Assembly (NCBI GenBank): GCA_041494705.1
Contig: JBGQBI010000002.1
Location: 60,001-92,000 of the forward strand
Direction of reading: 5' to 3'
DNA: 32,000 nt
From: Candidatus Methanoperedens sp.
GTDB lineage: Archaea; Halobacteriota; Methanosarcinia; Methanosarcinales; Methanoperedenaceae
Made by a program: the position numbers and the translations under genes. Numbering within the stretch: the first letter of the stretch is position 1; each line of letters begins with the position of its first letter. Below the pieces are notes generated by a model. It saw nothing but the letters and a program-made list of their open reading frames with translations, had not been told where the DNA came from and did not search any database. This document shows, piece by piece, positions 25,663 to 32,000 of this stretch.

Positions 25663-26226
25663 CTAATTAAATGCAGTAAATTTATCTCTGGACGCACTGC
25701 ACAGGGGACACTTATCTGGCGCTTCTCCTTCCAGGGTATATCCGCAAACTTCGCAAACCTGAATTGGACCGAGTTTAACGTCCTTTCCTGAATTAACCGA
25801 GTCCAATGCTTTTTCATAAAGTTTCTTATGCATTTTTTCAGTGCCATAAGCCCATTCAAAACTTTTTTGTGCTCCCTTTTCTCCCTGGAATTTCGCTACT
25901 TCCAGGTATACAGGATACATTTCCTCAATTTCAAAGGTCTCGCCCGCGATGGCCAGTTTAAGGTTTTTCCTGGAATCGCCAGGGCCAAAAGCTGCCATGC
26001 TATTTGCGACAAAACCCCCATCAAGGTGTTTCAACTCCCTGTAATGGTCTCCTGCGTGTATATATTCAGCATGGGCGATTGCGCGAAATAAGCGGGCTAC
26101 GTTATTGATTTTTTCTTTTTCGGCCTGATTTGCAAAATGCAAATACCTCATATGTGCCTGGCTTTCTCCTCCAAATGCATTAATAAGATGCTGTTCGGTC
26201 ATCTTCTTCATTAAAAAACCTCCCAT
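25663..26226 (-). CDS. rbr: Rubrerythrin
   Basis: Ferritin-like di-iron motifs (GESQAHMRY, AHAEYIHA, GETFEIEEMY). C-terminal rubredoxin-like CEVCGY...CPLC. AGGAG lies 8 nt before ATG 26226. Confidence 0.92.
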   Translation of the reverse strand: MGGFLMKKMTEQHLINAFGGESQAHMRYLHFANQAEKEKINNVARLFRAIAHAEYIHAGDHYRELKHLDGGFVANSMAAFGPGDSRKNLKLAIAGETFEIEEMYPVYLEVAKFQGEKGAQKSFEWAYGTEKMHKKLYEKALDSVNSGKDVKLGPIQVCEVCGYTLEGEAPDKCPLCSASRDKFTAFN

Positions 26227-26289
26227 TAATAAACTCCTGTTATTTGTATTTATATTTAACTTTCATCACACGAACGGAGCAGGTGCATA

Positions 26290-28224
26290 TCATTCCTTCC
26301 CGCCAATCCTTTCAATCGCCAGAGCCCCGAGGCGAGCAATGGTATCAAGAACAACCTTATTTTCAGGGGTAAGAATCTGCTCATGATTGTCGAAATGAAA
26401 TCCCACAACACCCTTTACGGTATCTGTCGTTTTCATGGGAAGATAGTACGCCCATGCTTCGGGGAGCGTATCCGTACCCATGCCTGCAGGTTCGCCATTG
26501 AGCCAGACCCAGGTTGCAATGCCAAGTTCTTTCGGGTTTATCTGGAATCCGTCGGTAGAAGCCCTGACCGAAATTTGCCCGTTTTCAGGAAGAAAAATAG
26601 CCATGTCGCATGGGAAAATTTGCCTTGTATGACGGATCATCAGGTGTAAAACCTGATCAATGCTCTGGGCAGTGACCAGGTCCTTGCTTAATTCGTAAAA
26701 TGTTGTATTCCTGGCCTCGCTTTGTTGAAGCTGCTGCACCTTATATTGAAGATTGGACGCAAGATTGCTAATTACAAAGGCAAAAGCAATGAACATGAGA
26801 TAAGATAAAAAATATCTTACGTCTGAAACGGCAAAGGTGAAATACGGTGGAATGAAGAAATAATCAAAAATGAGAACGCTTAAGACTGCTGCAAAGATAG
26901 ACGGGCCGCGCCCCAGGAAAATAGCGATGATTACAACAGGCAGGAGCATTAAGAATAGTAAGTTAATCTGACCAAGAATGTCTCTCAAAAGAAAACCGAA
27001 TAAAGAACCAAGAATAACAGCAACTGCGCTTATGACATAATTTAGCGGGCTGATTATACCTATTTTTTTCTTGGGTACAGGTTGTTCGCTCTTGCCTGCA
27101 AAGAGGAAAACATCGATATCTCTTGTGCGTACCAGGATCTTTCGGGCAAGAGTGGGAAACAGTCCGAAGCGCCTTGGTTTGCCCATCACTATCTTTGTCA
27201 CATTATGGCTCTGTGCATAGCGGGCTATCTCCTCGGCAACATCATCCCCTTTGACCCAGACAACGCGTGCACCCAGCTTTTCAGCGAGATCAATGGCTTT
27301 TTTAAGCCATTCCTGTTCTTTATCTGATAATTGCGCATGTTTGGCAGTTTCTACATAGAGCGCTATCCATTCTACGTTCATATCCGAGGCTATGCGAAAG
27401 GCCGAGCGGACCAGTTGCTCGGCATAGGGACTGGCCAATACACCAACCAGGATACGCTCCGTAGCAGACCAGGGCCCGCCGATTGCATGTGCCCTCATGT
27501 ACTGGAGCATTTTTTCATCGACGCTGCCTGCCACAAGCCGCAGCGACATTTCACGAAGTGCAAGTAAATTCCCAGGCTGAAAGAAACTCTTGACAGCATT
27601 TTCTGCCATATCCTTTGCGTAAACCTTTCCTTCTTTCAATCTTTTGAGCAACTCCTCAAAAGGAAGGTCTACAAGCTTGATCTCATCAGCTAACTGGAAA
27701 AAAGTGTCCGGGATAGTTTCACTGACACGAACTCCTGTTATACGGAAGACGATGTCATTTAAACTTTCAAGATGCTGCACGTTCAGGGTTGAATATACAT
27801 CAATTCCCGCGTTCAGAAGCTCCTCTGCGTCCTGATAGCGCTTGGCATGGCGGGAATTCGGGGCATTTGTATGGGCTAACTCATCAACAAGCACAATTTT
27901 GGGCCGCCGCGCCAGAACACCATCTAAATCCATCTCCGCAAGCTGTATGCCTTTATATTCGGTAACAACGAGGGGAATAGTTTCCAGACCTTCAAGGAGT
28001 GTTTCGGTCTCTGCCCGACCGTGTGTTTCAGCGTAACCGACAACAACATCTATTCCTTCCTGTTTACGCATTCTGGCATCAGAGAGCATGGAATAGGTTT
28101 TCCCGACTCCGGGTGCAGCGCCAAAATAGATGGTCAGTTTTCCACGGTTTTTGGCTGCTTCTTCCTGCTTGGCAATTTCCAGAAGGGATTCCGGTTCCGG
28201 TCTTTTGTGTTCTGTATCTATCAT
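26290..28224 (-). CDS. kdpD: KdpD-like sensor: KdpD N-domain + Usp + 4 TM + GAF-like, with no histidine-kinase transmitter
   Basis: N-terminal GKLTIYFGAAPGVGKTYSML (KdpD Walker A-like motif), then four hydrophobic helices and a GAF-like C-terminus. The ORF ends at 644 aa with no H-box or HATPase motifs seen. Confidence 0.85.
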   Translation of the reverse strand: MIDTEHKRPEPESLLEIAKQEEAAKNRGKLTIYFGAAPGVGKTYSMLSDARMRKQEGIDVVVGYAETHGRAETETLLEGLETIPLVVTEYKGIQLAEMDLDGVLARRPKIVLVDELAHTNAPNSRHAKRYQDAEELLNAGIDVYSTLNVQHLESLNDIVFRITGVRVSETIPDTFFQLADEIKLVDLPFEELLKRLKEGKVYAKDMAENAVKSFFQPGNLLALREMSLRLVAGSVDEKMLQYMRAHAIGGPWSATERILVGVLASPYAEQLVRSAFRIASDMNVEWIALYVETAKHAQLSDKEQEWLKKAIDLAEKLGARVVWVKGDDVAEEIARYAQSHNVTKIVMGKPRRFGLFPTLARKILVRTRDIDVFLFAGKSEQPVPKKKIGIISPLNYVISAVAVILGSLFGFLLRDILGQINLLFLMLLPVVIIAIFLGRGPSIFAAVLSVLIFDYFFIPPYFTFAVSDVRYFLSYLMFIAFAFVISNLASNLQYKVQQLQQSEARNTTFYELSKDLVTAQSIDQVLHLMIRHTRQIFPCDMAIFLPENGQISVRASTDGFQINPKELGIATWVWLNGEPAGMGTDTLPEAWAYYLPMKTTDTVKGVVGFHFDNHEQILTPENKVVLDTIARLGALAIERIGGKE

Positions 28225-28230
28225 TGAAAT

Positions 28231-28797
28231 CTACTTCATACTGTCCAGAGCAAGGTTTAGTTTCAAGACATTAATACGTTGCTCTCCTAAAAACCCGAAC
28301 TGCCTGTTCTCAACGTGTTCAACCACCAGTTTATTTAATGTTTCTTCGCTGAGATTGCGTGCTTTAGCAACACGGGGTATCTGTACGAGGGCGGATTGCA
28401 TACTGATGTGCGGGTCTAAACCGCTTGCTGAAGCCTCTACAAGGTCTGAAGGTACCGGAGCCTGGATACCGGATGACTTCAGTAGCTCAGTTCTATTGGA
28501 AATCTGGTCTATCAAATCCTTATTCGTTGGCCCGAGATTTGAGCCTCCGGAAGCCAGGGGATTATACGGATAACCTGAAGTGGCTGAAGGACGAGACCAG
28601 AAGTATTTTGGGTCTGAAAATGGCTGCCCGATCAGGGCTGAACCTGTGAGATTGCCGCCAGAGTCATATAGAAGGCTTCCCCCCGCTTCTTTTGGGAAAA
28701 ATAACTGCGCCAGTGCGGTTACTGCGACCGGGTAGATAACACCGACAAGTACCATCAGGATTGCAAAGAGTTTTAACGTAGTCTTTATGGTTTTCAT
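28231..28797 (-). CDS. kdpC: K+-transporting ATPase subunit KdpC
   Basis: 188 aa with a single N-terminal TM. GSNLGPTNKDL and ASASGLDPHIS motifs. Confidence 0.92.
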   Translation of the reverse strand: MKTIKTTLKLFAILMVLVGVIYPVAVTALAQLFFPKEAGGSLLYDSGGNLTGSALIGQPFSDPKYFWSRPSATSGYPYNPLASGGSNLGPTNKDLIDQISNRTELLKSSGIQAPVPSDLVEASASGLDPHISMQSALVQIPRVAKARNLSEETLNKLVVEHVENRQFGFLGEQRINVLKLNLALDSMK

Positions 28798-28809
28798 TTC
28801 CTGTCCTCT

Positions 28810-30879
28810 TTAGCGCATAAACGCGCTTATTACAATATCAATGATTTTTATCCCAATAAACGGCGCTATTATTCCGCCGAGCCCATAGACGAGCAGATTG
28901 TACATCAATAGTTTTTCAGCAGGCATCGGGCGGTATTTGACGCCTTTCAGCGCAAGGGGTATCAGCATAGGAATAATGATAGCATTAAAAATGACCGCGG
29001 ACAGTATAGCGCTGTATGGGTTTGCAAGATGCATGATATTGAGAATATCCAGTTGGGGATAGATTGTGACCATTGCTGCCGGTATAATTGCAAAATATTT
29101 GGCAATGTCATTGGCAATGCTGAAGGTTGTCAGGGTTCCCCGTGTTATCAGTATTTGTTTTCCGATTTCAACAATATCCATTAACTTGGTCGGATTGCTG
29201 TCCAGGTCTATTATATTTGCCGCTTCCCTGGCCGGCTGCGTTCCTGTGTTCATTGCCACAGCCACATCCGCCTGTGCCAGTGCAGGTGCATCGTTCGTGC
29301 CGTCTCCCGTCATGGCTACCATATGACCCTGTTGCTGGTTCTCACGAATCAAACGAAGCTTGTCCTCAGGTTTTGCCTCTGAAAGAAAATCATCCACACC
29401 TGCTTCTGCGGCAATTGCTGCTGCTGTGAGATGGTTATCGCCTGTTATCATAACAGTCTTAATTCCCATTTTCCGCAACTGCGCAAATCGTTCACGGATA
29501 CCGCCTTTTAGAATGTCCTTGAGATGTATCACGCCCAGAATTTCAGAATTATGACATACAACAAGAGGCGTTCCGCCTGATTTTGCGATACTTTCCACCT
29601 TCGGTTCAAGTTCAGGGGGTACAGTTCCACCTTTGCTTTTAACATACTCTATGATTGCATCGGATGCGCCTTTTCGATATGATTGCCCGTCAATATCAAC
29701 TCCGCTCATGCGTGTCTGGGCTGTAAATGGAATGGATTTCGAAGTGTGAGGCAGCTCTGTTATACGCATCTGGTATTTCTTTTTTGCAAGTACAACTACG
29801 CTTCTTCCTTCAGGGGTCTCATCAGTCAGGGATGCAAATAGTGCCGCATTGGCAACATCCTCCTCGGAACGGCCGCTCACCGGAATAAATTCCACTGCCT
29901 GCCTGTCACCAAGTGTAATTGTTCCTGTTTTATCAAGGAGAAGGATATCCACATCTCCGGACGCCTCGATTGCTCTCCCCGAAAGGGCTATCACATTTTT
30001 CGAAAAGAGACGGTCCATGCCCGCAATTCCAATCGCAGGCAATAGCGCTGCAATTGTTGTCGGCGCTAAACAAACAAAAAGTGCTATAAGCACGGTGAGC
30101 GAAACCGGCATACCCTGTCCGGCAGATTTTACGCTGTATATGGATAATGAGCTGAAATTGATAACCACAAGCAGAAAGACCGCTGTTAACGATATCAGCA
30201 GTACTTCCAGTGCAATCTCGTTCGGGGTTTTACGGCGCTTTGCACCTTCCACCATGGCAATCATCCTGTCCAGGAATGCCTCCCCCGGATTCGCTGTTAT
30301 GCGCACGATTATTTGATTGGAAATGACTTTTGTCCCGCCTGTTACAGCACTTCTGTCTCCGCCGGATTCCCGGACAACCGGGGCTGACTCACCAGTGACA
30401 GATGATTCGTTCACGAGGGCGGCGCCTTCAACCACTTCACCATCGCCGGGAATCATCTCCCCTGCTTCCACGAGAACGTAATCCCCTTTATGGAGATTTG
30501 CAGAAGAGATAAGCTCGTATTTTTCCTTTAACTCAGGATTTACAAGCCTTTTTGCCATTACTTCTGTGCGCGTTTTGCGAAGCGACTCTGCGCGTGCCTT
30601 TCCCCGCCCTTCTGCAAGCGACTCTGCAAAGGTTGAAAATATCACCGTCAGCCAGAGCCACAAGGATATAGCTCCTGTAAACCAGGAAGGTTCGCCTGAT
30701 TTAAAAAATAAGCCTGCGAGGAAACTGATAGTTGTAATAATGCTTCCGATTTCCACAAGGAACATGACAGGGTTTCGCCAGATACTGAGAGGGTTAAGCT
30801 TTTTTAACGAGTCCAGTAAAGCCTGGCGTAAGAGTTCAGGTTCAAAGATCGTTGTATCTTTTGTTTTAATATCGCCCAT
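28810..30879 (-). CDS. kdpB: K+-transporting P-type ATPase subunit KdpB
   Basis: DKTGTIT phosphorylation motif, [16 protein letters not shown], and [15 protein letters not shown] at the N-terminus. ATG 30879 sits 1 nt after the kdpA stop. The track start at 30894 is a GTG. Confidence 0.95.
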   Translation of the reverse strand: MGDIKTKDTTIFEPELLRQALLDSLKKLNPLSIWRNPVMFLVEIGSIITTISFLAGLFFKSGEPSWFTGAISLWLWLTVIFSTFAESLAEGRGKARAESLRKTRTEVMAKRLVNPELKEKYELISSANLHKGDYVLVEAGEMIPGDGEVVEGAALVNESSVTGESAPVVRESGGDRSAVTGGTKVISNQIIVRITANPGEAFLDRMIAMVEGAKRRKTPNEIALEVLLISLTAVFLLVVINFSSLSIYSVKSAGQGMPVSLTVLIALFVCLAPTTIAALLPAIGIAGMDRLFSKNVIALSGRAIEASGDVDILLLDKTGTITLGDRQAVEFIPVSGRSEEDVANAALFASLTDETPEGRSVVVLAKKKYQMRITELPHTSKSIPFTAQTRMSGVDIDGQSYRKGASDAIIEYVKSKGGTVPPELEPKVESIAKSGGTPLVVCHNSEILGVIHLKDILKGGIRERFAQLRKMGIKTVMITGDNHLTAAAIAAEAGVDDFLSEAKPEDKLRLIRENQQQGHMVAMTGDGTNDAPALAQADVAVAMNTGTQPAREAANIIDLDSNPTKLMDIVEIGKQILITRGTLTTFSIANDIAKYFAIIPAAMVTIYPQLDILNIMHLANPYSAILSAVIFNAIIIPMLIPLALKGVKYRPMPAEKLLMYNLLVYGLGGIIAPFIGIKIIDIVISAFMR

Positions 30880-30880
30880 G

Positions 30881-32000
30881 TTATTGACCTGCACGCATTA
30901 TCATATGCTCCACAATCGGTCCAAGTGACAGGGCAGGAAAGAACGTCAGGGCTCCGACTATCAGAATAACAAAGGCAAGCCATAAAACGAATAAAATCTG
31001 ATGTGTCGGAAGCGTACCGATGCCTGGCGGGATATATTTTTTCTTTGCAAGAGACCCTGCCAGGGCAAGCGCAGCCACTGCCGGAACAAACCTGCCGATA
31101 AGCATTGCAATGGCCGTCACCAGATTATAAAAAAGAGTATTGGCATTAAGTCCTGCAAATGCGCTGCCGTTATTATTGGATACAGAGGCAAAAGCATAGA
31201 GAATTTCGCTTAAACCGTGCGGGCCGGGGTTTAAAATAGAGGAAATTCCCGCATAGGTTACCAGTGCAACAGAAACAAAAATGAGCACCAGGATGCCAGA
31301 GGTGAGGACAATTAACACTGACATCCACATCTCAAAGACCTCTATTTTTTTGCCAAGATATTCCGGCGTCCTGCCTATCATAAGACCTGCGATGAAAACC
31401 GCTATAATCGCAAAGGCAAGAATAGTGTAAAGTCCTGACCCTACACCGCCGGGAATTACTTCACCTAACAGTATTAGCAGCATCGTGACCATTCCACCAA
31501 TTGGCGTTAATGAGTCATGCATTGTGTTTACAGCGCCGGTGGAGGTAGCTGTCGTGCTGACGGCAAAGAGAACCGAGCTACCGATACCAAACCTGACCTC
31601 CTTGCCCTCCATATAAGAACCGTTGACACCAGGCTGCACAAGAGGGTTGCCGTTATACTCAGACCAGTACATCACTCCGAGGAATACTATGAACAGCATC
31701 ATCATAGTTGTAAATAAAGCCCACCCCTGCCTGGTATTTCCTGCGAAGCGCCCGAATGTGTAAGTAAGAGAAAAAGGGATAAGAAGGATAAGAAGTATTT
31801 CCAGAAAATTGGTTAACGGAGTAGGGTTTTCAAAAGGATGAGCTGAGTTTGCATTAAAAAAACCACCACCATTTGTCCCAAACTCTTTTATTGCTTCCTG
31901 GGATGCAACAGGTCCCATGGGGAGCATCTGATTGCTGACGCTTTGTCCATCCGGTGTTTGAATGGGCTGGAGTAACGAACTATTCGTATAAGGATCAAAA
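30881..32000 (-). CDS. kdpA: K+-transporting ATPase subunit KdpA, C-terminal ~373 codons (5' end beyond the right window edge)
   Basis: [33 protein letters not shown] motif. I checked by hand that the frame stays open from 31927 to 32000, so the Met at 31927 in the track is internal. Confidence 0.93.
   Translation of the reverse strand, partial: FDPYTNSSLLQPIQTPDGQSVSNQMLPMGPVASQEAIKEFGTNGGGFFNANSAHPFENPTPLTNFLEILLILLIPFSLTYTFGRFAGNTRQGWALFTTMMMLFIVFLGVMYWSEYNGNPLVQPGVNGSYMEGKEVRFGIGSSVLFAVSTTATSTGAVNTMHDSLTPIGGMVTMLLILLGEVIPGGVGSGLYTILAFAIIAVFIAGLMIGRTPEYLGKKIEVFEMWMSVLIVLTSGILVLIFVSVALVTYAGISSILNPGPHGLSEILYAFASVSNNNGSAFAGLNANTLFYNLVTAIAMLIGRFVPAVAALALAGSLAKKKYIPPGIGTLPTHQILFVLWLAFVILIVGALTFFPALSLGPIVEHMIMRAGQ

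Noticed and set aside
1-32000. tRNA, rRNA, SRP RNA, RNase P RNA, C/D-box sRNA
   Set aside because: I inspected every ORF-free gap on both strands. I found no cloverleaf-like GC-rich 70-90 nt segments, no T-loop GTTCRA motifs in a suitable context, and no paired C/D boxes. Covariance-model scanning would still be needed to be sure.

Overview
This looks like an archaeal chromosomal segment. It carries archaeal-type SRP54, ProRS, SAM synthetase, GGGP synthase, Taw1, ribosomal protein eL40 and a PGF-CTERM-like surface protein. Gene content and Shine-Dalgarno usage fit a Methanosarcinales-like euryarchaeon. No similarity search was possible, so all product calls come from motif recognition by eye. 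The left 5.8 kb is a visibly AT-rich subtype I-B (Cst/Tneap-like) CRISPR-Cas effector operon on the minus strand: cas6-cas8(cst1)-cas7(cst2)-cas5-cas3. cas3 is cut by the window edge, and there is no CRISPR array in the window. The rest is mostly housekeeping (ubiX-ubiD, srp54, proS, GGGPS, scpA-scpB, taw1, mat, rubrerythrin), plus kdpA(partial)-kdpB-kdpC and a kinase-less kdpD at the right edge. Several things are not explained by the ORF track. (1) A crcB-type fluoride riboswitch aptamer sits in the leader of a CPA2 cation/proton antiporter. (2) A family of phased 7-nt word arrays (CRCNGAK / its complement, 8-10 nt period) occurs at six loci, often as two inverted arms; four loci are packed between cas6 and ubiD. 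(3) A 49-codon eL40 gene falls below the ORF-track cutoff. (4) Cas7 carries a roughly 100-aa charged insertion, and cas8 contains an internal SD+ATG that could yield a separate Cas11. (5) An AT-rich orphan islet includes a strongly G-depleted non-coding stretch. I see no tRNA, rRNA, transposase or CRISPR array.
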